A DNA stretch of 64,000 nt from Glycera tridactyla (Eukaryota). A program made the position numbers and the translations under genes. Shown here piece after piece: positions 37,548-51,456 of this stretch. The notes below the pieces were generated by a model. The model worked only from the letters and a program-made list of their open reading frames with translations. It made no database searches and was not told the DNA's origin. The stretch lies in NCBI GenBank assembly GCA_965644265.1, contig OZ286462.1, positions 38,192,001-38,256,000 of the forward strand. Direction: 5' to 3'. Position 1 is the stretch's first letter; every line of letters starts with the position of its first letter.

Positions 37548-39524
37548 TACTCACTGCCTGTGGAATGTGACAAAATATACAAATTTTGTATTTTGTACAC
37601 ATGCTAGCCAGAGTGGAAATGGATAAAGGGTATCCGTTACTCCATTTAGAATTGCGTAATTTGTCTGAGCATCTGTAGAATCCAAAAGTTCTCTCAAAAG
37701 TAAGACATTATAAAGCACAACTGGTACTGTTTGTGAATATTACAAGAGGTAAATTGAATGCATTTTTCCCAAGGATACTTTTCTGTCATCTCTTCATAAA
37801 TATATCTTTCTAAAGCATGCACCAATCTCCACGGACCATTTTTATGGAATTCAAACTGATCGCTTGTAGCAGGTACCACTGTATATAAAGTGTCAGTGCA
37901 TGCAGGGGGTTTAAAAATGTGCGAGAAAAATTGCTACAAAGAATCGCTTATTTCTCCGATATATGTGTCGAGGTTTATCAGAAGGGAAACTGAGCCATGT
38001 AAATACATGCATGTCATATTTCCCACTTATAATCTGTTACCTCTGCACAATGCCATGTCAGTGAGAGAGGGATTGGGTGTGGGCAGTATTTCTTGCAACC
38101 AACCACAACACTCGACAAAAAATCGCGGCAGGTGTGAAATATATGAGACGAAATTCAGCAGGAATAAAGTAGCAGAGGCGCAGAGAATGAAAAATGCTGA
38201 AAGGGCACGTTGTGTCATGAAGGTTTTTCTTCCAAGGATGTAGCACACATGAAAAATGAACTCGTCATAACTCATTGAAATGATGAAAAAAAATGCAACA
38301 TTTTTGTGGTTTTTCTACAGAGCAGTAAAAAGCTGATATGAATGAGATGACAAAAGTAGAGTAGATGTAATTGCCATTGCTGGACCCCAGCTACTTCCAA
38401 TTTTACTATGATCTTCAACTCAATGTTCTAGCCTGTCCGCCATACATTGAGATATGTCAGATTTTCAAAACATAACTCGAGATTATCATGAGCCATTGGC
38501 AAAAATATCATCAGTGAATGGTTTTGCCATTCAGTTCGTGAAGTTCACTAATCTTTGAACAAATAAGCAGAGTAGAATTTGTCAATTGTTCTGAAACGAC
38601 ACTCTACTCGCTTCACAGATTTTCGGATATACATCTCTAAAACACTATTTTGAAATTTGGAAGTACCAAAATCACAAATTAATCACAGATGTCTGATATT
38701 CTCAAAACCGAATCCCCCCAAAAATCATTTGACTCTACAAGCTATGTGGAAGATGTATGTTGATGAATATCACTCAGTACACCAGATTTAAATGGAGAGA
38801 TGTTTCCAAAATTTAGGAAAAATTCCTGCTGTTCGCAACTACCCCATTATCACACATCAATTTATCATTACAAGCATTTGCTTTTGCCCATCCATATCCA
38901 GTTCATGGCATCTATTTTGATGGGAATCAACCCTTCCTCACAAGAAAAGAAGTTGCTGATTGGTGAACACCGATTATATACTTGTTTTGCAGGAATATTG
39001 AAGATTATGATGACAGCAATCTTGACATGACAGATGAAGCAGAATAAATGCGGAAGCATTTGCAATGAATATAATGACAATGACAATGACAATATCTTTT
39101 ATTGAGGTGAAATAACAGCAATTAGATCATGACAGTACATCCACAGATAATACCAACATTCAGACACAAAGGTCTGTTTATTCTGCTGCTTACTGTCCAG
39201 TTTCAGTGACCTTTTATCCCTGCATTTCTCTCAGTCAACAGTGTAACTCAGTAGGTGTAACTCAGTAGGTGAACTATCACATAATTTTGGGTAGTTGTAA
39301 AGGCAAAAGTGATCATGGTGTTTTGTCTTGTGCCACAAGCCCTAATCATGCCATTTGCTGGTAGGCTAATGGCAATTCTTAGTTTCATTCAAAAGTAGGA
39401 CATCAGTATGTGATCATGGTGGTTTGTAGACCATTAATCCAATGCTGATTCAAATTTTTACTTGCTTCAAAGTGTGCTTGCTTGAAATGAAAGCATTGCA
39501 ACAGGCCAGAGTGTCAGCTTCCAT

Positions 39525-39750
39525 TAAGTCACATATTTAGATATGCCATCTTTAGGCTCATTATGTTCATGATAAATATGTAGTCGTGTGTCTGAACTGT
39601 CAGCTACTTCCACTTGACAATCTTTCAGGTTCCTCATCATCTTGTGTTCAGGGTTTGTGAGAATCATGTATGCAGGGAAGAGAACTTTTAGCTTACAATG
39701 ACCAAGAATACATGGCATACATAATCTTGGTTGATACATGATGTTGAACC
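39525..39750. mobile_element. SINE-like interspersed repeat copy (inverted relative to 60850)
   Basis: Direct alignment by eye to 60850-61090. Confidence 0.7.
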
Positions 39751-40166
39751 GCCACCCAAAAAAGTTGTAGACCCTTCGAAACATTATGAAGTTTCACCTC
39801 TCATTTCAAATTCGATGAAAAGCACACACTGTCCATATGATGTGAAAACATACATTTTATCTGTGACACAGGTTTTCATTGGCAAGTTGTACTGTATTCT
39901 TTGCAATGGTTCGTGACAGGGACACTAGAGGATGTTTTCAGTGATACCAAATAGAATCTAGCCATCAGAGGTGTGTAATGCCTTTTGGGAGTTGTCAAAT
40001 CTCCATTAGATAATATACAATACTTTGACAGGAGCAGTCTATCTAAATCCATCCTGCAATTGATAGTGAGTCAGCGTTCACTCTTACTGTACACCCCCTT
40101 GCTCATTCACCCAAACCAAGTGATGCATGAACGTATATCTATTCTGATCACATTTGAAAGGTTATA

Positions 40167-40508
40167 CAATGAATCCTGCGATGAGAGACCACTCCATATG
40201 TCAACAAAATGCATTCTCCCAAAAGAGGTGACCTCTTGCCAGATATCTGACTTTGTTCATTTCAGAGTTGGTCTCTCATCATGGGGTCCTATCGCAGGTT
40301 TGACTCAGGATATTCGAAATGATGTACACTCAAACCTGCCCTATAGACCAACTCTCTATGAAGACCACCTGCCTATAAAGACCACCCTGAGCTGCGACCC
40401 GGATAGTATTTTCAAAAGTAAATGACATCTCTATAGATAAAGATTACCTGTCTGTAAAGAACACTTTTTAATGTGACCAAAAGTGGTCTTTATAGACAGG
40501 TCGAACTG
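40167..40508. mobile_element. Two adjacent MITEs (40167-40306 and 40327-40508)
   Basis: Each has ca(g/a/c)t..a.cctg / caggt...actg-like ends, and the second is TA-flanked. Together they explain the 146-aa ORF at 39985-40425. Confidence 0.75.
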
Positions 40509-41062
40509 TATATCTACACTAAAATAAACAGTCACAGGTAGTTAACAACTCAAGGATGATCCCCGTCATACGGATAACAGCATAGTAGTTGCTTCACTGT
40601 TGGACAGCAGACATATTATTGAACATAGGGAACTCCTTCAGAAATTCATTCAACAAAAAATAAGACAGGTATGTAGCCAAACTAAACATATGTAGTATGA
40701 TCCAAATAATTGGATATATGGCTGTGGCCTCTATTTGAAGAGTGATTACCAGTCATTCCACTTCCATGCAGTAAACTGACAATAATCCAGTTATTGATTG
40801 GACAATTATTGAGCGGGACATATTAATTAAGTAAATAACAATCCATGAGAACGTACAGTGCAAATGGCAATGAGAAACCAAGCAAAATGGAAACATATTT
40901 GTTCCATGAAACAAGTGGTCTCAATTCAGAGGTACATTTGAATATATATGTCAATTGAAAAATGCTCCAATAAGTAGAGTTTTGAAACTGGTAAACTCTC
41001 ATCCTATTCATAGGAATAATTTACTGATGTGAAGAATTATGAGCATAAATCCATGAGCTTAC

Positions 41063-41760
41063 GTTGGTAGTTGTTATAATCCCTGCCGATGATCAAGTAC
41101 TCCCGAACTAGCGTTACTCCCCCTACTCGGAGGATGCCCACTCAACATCGTACTCCCTCCCGCGTGGGCCAATTGAACACAAATGAAGGTAACGGCTCTC
41201 TAACTGGGATCCGGGTAGCGTGACGCTGATGAAGGCGCACCACCATGCCGGTAGGTCGTCAGTCACGCGTGTACCTGCTACCTCCCCCACACCTGTCCAC
41301 CCCACCACCCCCCTTTCTACCTCGCCTCCTCCCGCTTTTCCATTTGCACCTCTCAGGTGTACAAACGAAATCCGTATATGGCGCACGCCCGCCACGCAAC
41401 CTGTTGATTCTCACAGCTCCAGTCAATATTTGCCCGGTCTGCCAGTGGTCACTTCACAAACCCCATGCTGTACCTCATCACGTCTTTTGTGTTCCGCTAA
41501 AAGGTTACCCGAAATAAGATCAAGTAGTGGCTCTGCAGGTAGCCTGAAAAGCACACCTGGTGCCAGTAGCCATTTCAGGCTTCTCCTAACACTCCATGGA
41601 CAAAGCTTATTGCGCCTTCACATCCTCTACACAGGCCGCAACTGATTAAGAGAAAGATCATCGAATTAGCTTTCTCGTTTCGTGAATCCGATTCACGAAT
41701 CCCACAAATGAAGTGGTTCGGAGAGAAGAAATACAGAAAAAAATCCAATTTCCCGCCAAT
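41063..41760 (-). promoter_or_regulatory. CpG/GC-rich block; candidate promoter and non-coding first exon of the protocadherin
   Basis: Abrupt change from AT-rich to CpG-rich sequence at a minus-strand donor AAC|GTAAGC (41063/41062). Exon A at 26322 begins with an acceptor, so an upstream exon is required. No ATG-initiated frame runs in phase through this donor. Confidence 0.4.
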
Positions 41761-43445
41761 ATGATGTTACCTTCATTTATCCACACACATGTATTACCAT
41801 CATTCCATGAAGGCACTAAGAATGCAGTTTTCCATTTTCCACACTATTTTGAAATGCAAATGGAAAATTCCAAATGATTTCATGCATTATGAAACTTTTG
41901 CCTAGTATAGTAATCATTTCCAGTAGGTGTTTGATTTCCTCTTTTCTGAATATACTTGTTTTCAACTATCTTGCATCAAAATTCCATCAAATATCATATA
42001 GGCGTATTCTTTCAGCGATTTACTATCTCTGAGCACCTATTTCAGTCTGTTCTGTACTTTCAAACTTTGAATTCACTACTTTGATAATCATATCAGATTT
42101 TGATCAATGACTGCATTTGAATTTTAAGACTATCTGAGTTTAGGGGTGGTGAGGGCAATGTTGGGGTGTGGTGGGGCACACCCGATTGACTTCAAATACC
42201 CATTTCACTAAATGGACCATATCCATCATGCTCTCGTACCATGAAGCAAATAAAAATAATAAATCGTAACTAAAGATGTGTGTAAGAATTCTGCTCAAAA
42301 AAGCCACTAGTGTGGTAAATGTATATTTTATCTCAAAAACCTCTCTAGAATGACCCCTCTCCACAATGACCCCATATCTATAGAAACCTCCTGTCTACAA
42401 AGACAAGGAAATTTGAATAGTCTACTGGACAGATTAGAATTTGTTGATAAAAACCCAGAATGCAGCACCCAATCATAGATCAAGTACACTGTGGTAGTGT
42501 ATTTAATCTATGACCCAACTCTCACCATTTCATAAGTACCAGTAACCAGGTGTGATGACAATTCCAGATTTGAACCCTTGACTCCACAAGATCTTTTGCA
42601 GTTTGCCAGGACTGCTTGAATCTGATAATTGTCTGAGAATTCCTATGATGGGAATGGAAAGATGGCTAACATCTGAGGGACAATTTGCAGCATTTGTTGG
42701 CACAATACTGCAACTACTTCAGAATACAATGCAAGTTAACACCAGTGCAGTAGACCCAGATGTCACTACAGGCTGCACATCGTGATAACAGTCTTAATGA
42801 TTCAGGCTAGCTGTTAAACCTGACACCCAGATCTATGGAGGGGACAGATGTCAAACAAAAGGCAACCAGATTGCCACGAAGCATGTCCTGCAAGTTTTCG
42901 GACCCAATAATTGGGTACCACGATAGCACCTCTGCAAAAAAGATCTCAACATGTGGCCAAATAAAAGTCAAGACATGAGATTCATGCTTTCAATGCTCAG
43001 ATGCTGGCATAAGCCAATCTCTACAGAGACACCATGCCTATTTCCTGTCAACCAAGGGTGCCCCCCCCCCCCCCCCCCGCCTGTATATTATCTGTCGGAT
43101 TATCAGAATCTTGAATCCTGGAAAGAAAAATATGATTCATTGCAAGTGGACTTGACACCAATACTTTGATAGTTGTTAAAAAGTAAGATTTCAATTTACA
43201 TGATCATCAATCACACAATTCTTATTCATGTTGAATTCTGGCCTGAACCAATGCTCTCCAAGGCAGCCGGTTACCAACATTTTCTATTTTAGAAGTCACA
43301 CTGTTCCTTCCTTGGACAACACCCTACAGAAAATCTTTGCTAACCCTGATTCTGTGAATAAAACAAAAAACAACAAATTCTGCTGTTCCACCCTATTTTT
43401 CAGCAACATGGGTTTTCCATGCCTTGCACAATGAGTAACAGTAAA

Positions 43446-44005
43446 AAGTGGTGTTACTCACCAGGTGGTCTCTCATCAAAGGTTTGATTGAAACAGTTAA
43501 GCCTGTTATAAAGGACACCTCTACTGAGCAGCCACCTGTCCAAAGCAGCCACTCCGATTCCCCCCAACAAAGTATTTCCACTCGAATCTACCTGTTAGAA
43601 GCATCCACATGTCTGAAGTATGATGTAGCCACTCATTTTGTCTCCTGAATGACAATATCACCTGTCCTAAGCAGCAACTCAGGATTGTGCCATTCATGAT
43701 CCATGGCAAATATGTGATCTGAGGCGTCGGGGAGGGCTCAATAATTGTCCTTTGATCACTATTGTTAGGGCTCAACTGAAGGTCAATGATGTAATATAAT
43801 GTCTGAAGTGTGAAATTGGTGAACCACTGCCCCTTCCCCCAACCAACCCACTGCCCCCCCCCCCCTCACCTCCTACAGCCCATGCTCAGCCAGTTTATAT
43901 TTGCAGCTGGTTACCTAATGAACAACAATCTATCCTAAACAGCCACTTGAGTGGTCTCTTAAGACAGGTGGTCACATGTCCGGGTTTCCTAGTGCAGGTT
44001 GTATA
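43446..44005. mobile_element. Cluster of degenerate MITE fragments
   Basis: ggtggtctctcatcaaaggtttga right end, cagttaagcctg left end, and a gtggtctcttaagacaggtggtc block. Confidence 0.5.
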
Positions 44006-44310
44006 GTAACTGCCTAAGATGGACCGCCATTGGAAGGAAATCAGGCAATGAACTACCAGGTTTACAATTACATTAACATCAAGAAGGAATCAATTCTGAA
44101 CTGAGCGCAGGAAATTTAGTTGGCGCTGGTCGCAACTGAGTCAGAAAAAGGCCGTTACTGCCTCAAGCCATGTATATATACATGTACATTCACATCTGCT
44201 GTAAACAAACTCTCCCAGCTGTGACAAATCTATTGGATTCTACAAATACCACCAATTTCTTCTCATTAGGTCAGATCAATTTCTTTAAATCATGTTAGGA
44301 TGCTTCTGCC

Positions 44311-44600
44311 CATGTGACGTGAAAGCGATCAAATCCAATTTACTGCCAAGCCGTCCTTGTCCCCCATCAGAGTCATCCCTCTCCCTACCCCCATCTTATA
44401 ACAGCCCAAAGACCACCAAGAAACAGGATCAAGAAATTGCATGTACCCAGTCGGAATTTCATGTGATGTGAAAGTGATCAGATCCAATTTACCACCAAGC
44501 CATCCTTGTCCCCATCAGAGTTTCCCCCGCCTTGTAACAGCCCAAAGACCACTAAGAAACATGTTAGAGAAATAGCATGCACCAAGTTGAAATTTCATGT
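44311..44600 (+). repeat. About 149-bp tandem duplication
   Basis: catgtga.gtgaaag.gatca.atccaatttac..ccaagcc.tccttgtcccc.atcagagt...taacagcccaaagaccac.aagaaaca occurs twice. Confidence 0.85.
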
Positions 44601-44824
44601 ATGAATGAGATTAATTCATGAGTGGGAAGTTCAAGCATGCAATTGTGGTGCATCTACTCATGATAGTAAGACTAGTGTCCAGCTAACTGTGGCCTGGCGC
44701 TAACTCACATATGAAGTCAGTCATGACATAAGAATACACATGTACACTCAACTACCAGTGAATTCATTTTGCTATAAGCTAGTCCCCATATGATATGAAC
44801 CAAACTCGTTATGATGTAGATTGT

Positions 44825-44960
44825 ACAGTGCAATCTGTGGGAATACCTCCATACAAAGACCACTGTATGGTCCAACCTGCTTGATACCACCTCTATACAA
44901 AGACCACCTGCCTCCAAAGGCCACCAGCAGCAGTATGGCCTACAGTGAATGACCTCTCTG
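44825..44960. mobile_element. Degenerate MITE fragments
   Basis: tacagtgcaatctg and repeated acaaagaccac(ct) blocks. Confidence 0.5.
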
Positions 44961-46065
44961 CAACCTCTTTTGTGACCTTTGGACAAGAGACCCTTGGTTT
45001 TGAGAGGTACTTCTTGAGGGCTCTCACAGCCGGATAGACAGAGAAATTTGACTTATGCGCTTTACTTTGATATATAATGCTGGCATTCTCCTCTTTAGCA
45101 TCAAACTATTGCATCCATTTCATGGATGTCTGCCATTGCTGTTGAGCTAAACTGGCATGGAAATACACACAATACCAAGACCCTTTAATTTATTGATGGG
45201 AATTTTTCATTTTGCCATTTTTAGAAGAGATGATAATGTTATGCACCAAAATACTCATCCAAACTTCTTTGCTCCCCATTGTATGGAGATCCGGCTCAGT
45301 CAATGTGTCCTATATTGGGTACAGGGATTAGCACTCTGTTTATATCAAGTATATCAGGTCAGAATTGTGTAGAGATGAGAACGGTACGTGCAAGGGAATG
45401 GTGTTGATAATGGGAATCCTAACAGCTTCATTAGAGCCTGTACGGGTGTGAGATAGCGTGATCGCTGTTGACTGCTCCCCTATGCCATATAGTTCACTGG
45501 AAGAGATGCAATCAAGGCCTGCACATCCCGTGTGGATGTCGCAAACAATGGGCCAACAATCCGAGATGACACCAACAATGGCGTCACCTATGCAACATCC
45601 CTCCATCATATTAACCGCTCACCCACCATCTTTATTTCCATTACCACAACTCCCCAAAATAGGACCTATTGGTCATTCATGACTAGTTTCTTAATCTTCG
45701 TAGTGCCGTAAAAAGTTTTTCATTTGGTCAAATGTGGTAATTGAAGGTAAGGCTGTAATTCACACATAAGACACAAGATAAATAAAAGTTGTATAATCTG
45801 AGCGCAGAACTAGGTGGCTGCCCAATATGAAGTGATGAAAGCAACAGCTCCTCAATTCATCCTTTTTGACCTATCATCTGACTAACTTATCTGCACCAAT
45901 CAGTGCTGTCGCATCCTATTTGGCCAAAGAATACAACCAATAATAGTGCAAGAAAGATTATCATCAATGATTACAAAACACCTCAGCAGCAGACAATCTT
46001 GCACTCTCTGATTGGCCAAGAGAACCAATACCAACCAAGACCTAGGTCATGACATTCTATTGGCC

Positions 46066-46924
46066 AACTAGCCTGAGTTATTGTGAGATGCGGAAATTTG
46101 AAAATAGCTCCTATTGCCTTGAACTTTGACCCAGGGTCACATGCATCGAATGGGAGATTTCTCACCATTGTGTCATTGCAATTTGGAACTTTGGTACATA
46201 TCGATCCATGCAAGCTGGAGCTGGAGTGTAAAATGAGAAACTTTATCAAAAGCTCCGGTGACCTTGACCTTTGACCTAGGGTTACATGCATCGAAAGGGA
46301 GGGGGCCTACTATTAGTTCATCACTTTGTGTAAGTTTGGTGCACACCATCGAAGCTAGCTCAAGTTATACTGTTAAATGAGAAAATCAATGAATAGCTCC
46401 TGTGACCTTGACCTTTGACCTAGGGTCACATGCATCGAAAGGGAGGTGGCCTACCATCCGTTCATTACTTTGTGTAAGTTTTGTGCAAATCCATCAAAGC
46501 TAGCTCGAGTTAGAGTGTAAAATGAGAAATCTATAAATAGCTCCTGTGACCTTGACCTTTGACCTAGGGTCACCGGCATCGAAAGGGAGGTGGCCCACCA
46601 TTGGGCTATTACTTTGTGTAAGTTTTGTGCAAATCCATCAAGGCTAGCTTGAGTTAGAGTGTAAAGTAAGAAAATCTATAGATAGCTCCTGTGATCTTGA
46701 CCTTTGACCTTTGGGTACAAAATTAAATTCTCGAATACGATTTTTGTATAGATCGCAGTTATGAAGTTTCATGAAAATTGGACCAGCCAATCCAAAGTTA
46801 TTGCATGAAATTTGAGCGGACACACAGACGGACGGACGGACAGAAGGACGGACGGACGTACGTACGTACGTACGCCGGAGGTGAAACTATAATACCCCGC
46901 TTTTTCAAGAGCGGGGTATAAAAA
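46066..46924 (+). mobile_element. Non-autonomous Helentron/HINE-like element with an internal 144-145 bp tandem array
   Basis: Starts AACTAG. About 4.3 units containing agctcc(t/g)gtgaccttgacctttgaccta at 46106, 46251, 46395, 46539 and 46684. A (GGAC)n/(CGTA)n microsatellite follows, then a terminal hairpin ataccccgct-8nt-agcggggtat (46892-46919) and an A run. The family call comes from architecture only. Confidence 0.75.
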
Positions 46925-46930
46925 CTACTA

Positions 46931-47108
46931 CAGTAAAACCTGTTTTTGGAGACTGCCCCAAATGCCAATGAAAAGTGGTCTCTCAAGACAGGTGGTCTCT
47001 CATTGGAGGTATATTTGACTCTGTCAAATAGAGAAGAGACAATAAAGAGCAGTCTCCCATTAGAGGGTGGTCTCCCAAAAGAGGGGTCTCCCAAGACAGG
47101 TTTTACTG
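46931..47108. mobile_element. Tc1/mariner-type MITE
   Basis: Perfect TIR cagtaaaacctgt...acaggttttactg with TA on both sides. Confidence 0.9.
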
Positions 47109-47715
47109 TACCAATACTAGCGCAAAAAAGATGATCATCAATGATTACAAAATACCTCAGCAGCAAACAACCTTGCAGTCTCTGATTGGTTGAGAGAACC
47201 AATACCAGCTAAGGCTGAGGTCATGGCTAATGTGAGAGTAGATCCGCAGCATGCAATAGTGTGGCCTTCATATTGGTTGAAAAAATCCAAACAATATCAA
47301 CATGACACATGTCTAAGGTCGGAATGAAACTATGTTCCATGATACACCATTGAGATGTACAATAACATTTTCCAAGACTATATTCTGGAAAATTTGGCAG
47401 TTTCACAAACAAGAAATCATACAGACCAAAGCCATATCAAGGTATGCAACTAATTGGGTCATGATGCTCTTAAATTTCATCCAGGAATTTGATATATTCA
47501 AAGCTTTTTTTTCCACTGTACATGAATGCAGTCGGATGCGCTGCCATCTGAAAGCGAGGCTATGGCCAGGTTTTCTGTACATTTTCGTCACATGTGGCGT
47601 CTGATTCGTCAAGTGCGCAGCGTCCTGACAGGTCTATACTGACTACAGTTCTCACATTGAGAGATGGCGACAAGCCTAATTTAGACTATGGTTTTCAGAG
47701 AGGAAAACAAAGAAT

Positions 47716-47717
<2 letters not shown>

Positions 47718-47779
<62 letters not shown>
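47718..47779. repeat. (TC)n microsatellite
   Basis: Seen directly. Confidence 0.98.
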
Positions 47780-47782
<3 letters not shown>

Positions 47783-48459
47783 AATTTCTTGTTATTTCTG
47801 CGTCATCAGCTACCGAACAGCACCAACACTCAAATGAAGTAGGTGGTGGTAAAAAGGTTTACACTTAAGATCTTCTCTCGTGCATATGATTCGATTCACT
47901 TCATGATCTAAATTTCATTTGAATCACATTTTATTTACTGAAAAATTCAGGCTGGATACACATCAAAAAGAGTTAATATTATATAGAATTTTCACCCCAT
48001 TTACTCCTCTGAAAGCAGTTGTGTAACATTTAGAAACAGTATCGGGGCATTTTTCCCAATAATTTAGAACATATAAGCAATTGCCATCAGGTGCCACAAT
48101 TCCAGGGAACAGCACAGATGGTATATTAGAGTAAATTATTGAATGATATCTTTGCATAGTCATAATGGTTTCTCATTTTCAATGTCTCTCTAATATGAGA
48201 ATGCAGGGCTTCCCTGAGTGACTGGTGAGTATATGTATATCAAGGGGTTAATGGACAATTTCCTAATCTGGTAAAGAGAATGAATGCACATACATGACAC
48301 CGCGGTGTATGCCCACATGAATGAGTGTCATGCAGGCACGCTCTGATGCACACCAGTGAACACAGACTTCCCCTACATGCAAAGACAAACCGTTGACACA
48401 TAGACACATACCAGTACACACACATATCAGCACATGCGCACACATTCATTCATACACAC

Positions 48460-48628
48460 NNNNNNNNNNNNNNNNNNNNNNNNNNNNNNNNNNNNNNNNN
48501 NNNNNNNNNNNNNNNNNNNNNNNNNNNNNNNNNNNNNNNNNNNNNNNNNNNNNNNNNNNNNNNNNNNNNNNNNNNNNNNNNNNNNNNNNNNNNNNNNNNN
48601 NNNNNNNNNNNNNNNNNNNNNNNNNNNN
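48460..48628. other. Assembly gap (169 N)
   Basis: N run. Confidence 1.
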
Positions 48629-50372
48629 AAAATCTGGTAATTGAAGGCTAAAGTTGGCTACCAACTGGTAGGAACTTTAATCGCTATAAGATTCCCTTTC
48701 ATATGACATACATAAATTGTCTTGGGGTCAGCGGCATTGGTCAGAAGTTCCAAGGTTGAATATCTTCACCTTTCCACCTTCAACCTGCGCCAGATGAAGA
48801 AAAAGGAGCACCATTCAAAATATGAATTCCTTCTATAAATAGAAAAGATTTGAATGAAAATTCATGAATAGCATTTTGAATCTGTGTATAGAGATGCCCT
48901 CTGGCGGTCTTCCTCAGGTTTCTCAGCTACCATTGTCTCAACACCAGCTAACATTCAATGAAACAATGAGCAAGTCATCCCTCATCTGCATGGGTCCTCA
49001 TTCCCAACCCCATATTGTCCACTATTCACTGAGCCTAAATCACTATCTGAACTTCCAACCGGCAGTTGTACAACAGCAAGCGTATGCAATATTGATCAAA
49101 GAAGCAATATTTTCCGGGTTTTGAATTTGAATTTCAGGGCTATGAATTTGATTTTTTTCTGGACAAACCCATGGTATCAATAGCAACCCAAATCATTCAA
49201 CATGTTGCTTTGAATTGAATTTGAATTGAACAATATTTTATTCTCTTCAGGGCAGGTCTAAGAAGTCTATATCTTCCCCTATGCTCAGACACTAGTTTCG
49301 GTGGAAATGCGTGAGGTGGATGAATACAGAGTGGATTTGTTCATACCAGGATGATCAAAGACCATCGTCCATGTAGAGTGTTCAATCAAATGCTTCAAAA
49401 CGATTATGACGTAAATCTCACAACATTAGTAGGGATCGATTAATAAAAGATTAATTCATTCCAAATGATTCTAAAGGATGGCAATTCTCTTATACAGATG
49501 GGAACACATGAATTTTTCCTCTTGCCCTGGTCTCCATGGAACCTGTATGAATGACATGCACGACAATAACAAGGATGCGGCTGAGAAATTCATGACATTG
49601 TGGCATATAATAAACAGTCAATTTTTTGCCTACTTTGTTTATGTTATATAGCACCTAACAATGTCAGCATGTAAATGTAGTGGCATATGATACTTCCTTC
49701 TAAGGAAATTGGCCTTTGTTATAGTAGCTTATGTCCACAGCAGGGGGGAGTAGTGGTATATGCACAAGTATCAACCCTTGCTTCCCTGAGTCCACAACCC
49801 TCTGCTGGTCACCAATACCATAGGTCAACTCCCTTCATTGATGATCAACATATAGTTTGATCCATATCATACTATCAATTCCCTGCAATGAAAATGAATA
49901 TCCACCCTCCATGTGGTATGAGATCTATGAATGGAATCCATAGACCAGCATATATATGTTAATGAAAATAAATGCCACTAGCAAAAGGTCAACGGACCAC
50001 TGGTAGTGGGTTTGCAGATGAGAGCATTTTCTGAATAATTTCTGCATTTTCAGATACTACTGCAGCACAAAACATGACCCAAATCACACACTTGCAAAAT
50101 ACAACTTAGTACATCACTTGTTAGTTAGATCCTTGAATATTACAGAATTCATCAATGTTCTGAATAGTTTGGCTAGTGAGGATGAATGTGGAATGTTACG
50201 ATGGCTGGATTTGTGTTCCTCGGGGATACACTTACAAACGTGTGTAAATAAATCAGTGGTGGTGATATGTATGTTTAGGCTATGTATGCATGTTGATACT
50301 GGACATTATGCATTGAGCCAACACCACCAGCCAACTGGTCCTACCCTCCAGCCAACCACCATGAGCATCCCT

Positions 50373-50381
50373 ACACACACA

Positions 50382-50440
<59 letters not shown>

Positions 50441-50465
50441 ACACTCACAAACACACACACACACA
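50373..50465. repeat. (CA)n microsatellite
   Basis: Seen directly. Confidence 0.97.
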
Positions 50466-51296
50466 TTCGGGTGGGGCTGCCCACTTAGCATAAAGCATTA
50501 GCTACTTAATTCAAACCCATATATCCACCCACACATCACTTGAGGCAATGCATATTTCCACAAGCTCACCAAAGAAATGGAGAGTGGATATACCACAGGC
50601 TAGCCAATAATGCACAAGCAAGTTTACTGAAATGCTTCTCCACTTGTCTTTTGCAAATACACCTGCGACCAGCGAACACCAGTCTTGAGGGATCAACTTA
50701 TCAGGAATGTGGGGTACTTGTCCATCAAAAGTCCCATTGTACTGATATCATGAACTGGAATTGCAAAAAGCAGTTCCAGAAATGTAAGTTAATGATGCTC
50801 CATGTGAAAAGGATGATTGCCTTGTTTTATCTCCTGAAGGAAACAGGTACAGATGAAAAACATATGCATCTAACGAAAAACAGTGCTAATGAACATGACC
50901 ACGGCTAACTTGTTGTTGTTTCTGTTTATTTCCTCGCTCAGTGATCAACCTGCTTTGAGATTTTCAATTACTTTTATCGAGAGGCCTCCAACTTCTGAAG
51001 TGACCAGTGTGAGTGGGCACCCATCCAATGCTAAACTGACTTGAACAAGAAGACAAAAACCCAGCCAGGTTTTTGCTGTAATGATATGTTCACAGGGATT
51101 GACGACTGACAAGGCAAACAAGTTAGCCATTTAAAAATGGTGAAAAATTGTTCTGAACTGCCACATAGCAACAGAGACTAGTACATGTAGTGTAAAAACA
51201 GTCTGCAAGGTGGATGCCAGCATATATGCATGCGGTATGGCACTGCCCATGAGCATGACTTATAGCCCTCCGCAAGAACCAGATTTTGCCCCAGCA

Positions 51297-51456
51297 CAGT
51301 GAAGCCTGCGATGAGAGACAACTCTAAATGTCACCAAAAAGTGATCTCTCAACAGAGGTATATCTGACTATGTCAAATACAAACATTGCCCTGAAAAAGT
51401 GGTCTTCCGTCCAAGGTGGTCTCTTGTTGGGGGGTCTCCCATTGCAAGATTCACTG
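51297..51456. mobile_element. MITE, same subfamily as 55013
   Basis: cagtgaagcctgcgatgagagac...caagattcactg|TA. Confidence 0.75.

Larger units (their letters stand above)
45953..47225 (+). repeat. Pair of about 99-bp direct repeats (45953-46051 and 47127-47225) bracketing the Helentron-like element and a MITE
   Basis: aaagat.atcatcaatgattacaaaa.acctcagcagca.acaa.cttgca.tctctgattgg...gagaaccaatacca..aag...aggtcatg. Confidence 0.85.

Noticed and set aside
39985-40425. 146-aa plus-strand ORF
   Set aside because: It runs through two MITEs and is not protein-like.
46106-46715. Regular repeats resembling a CRISPR array
   Set aside because: The whole unit repeats with no unique spacers, the context is eukaryotic, and no cas genes are present.
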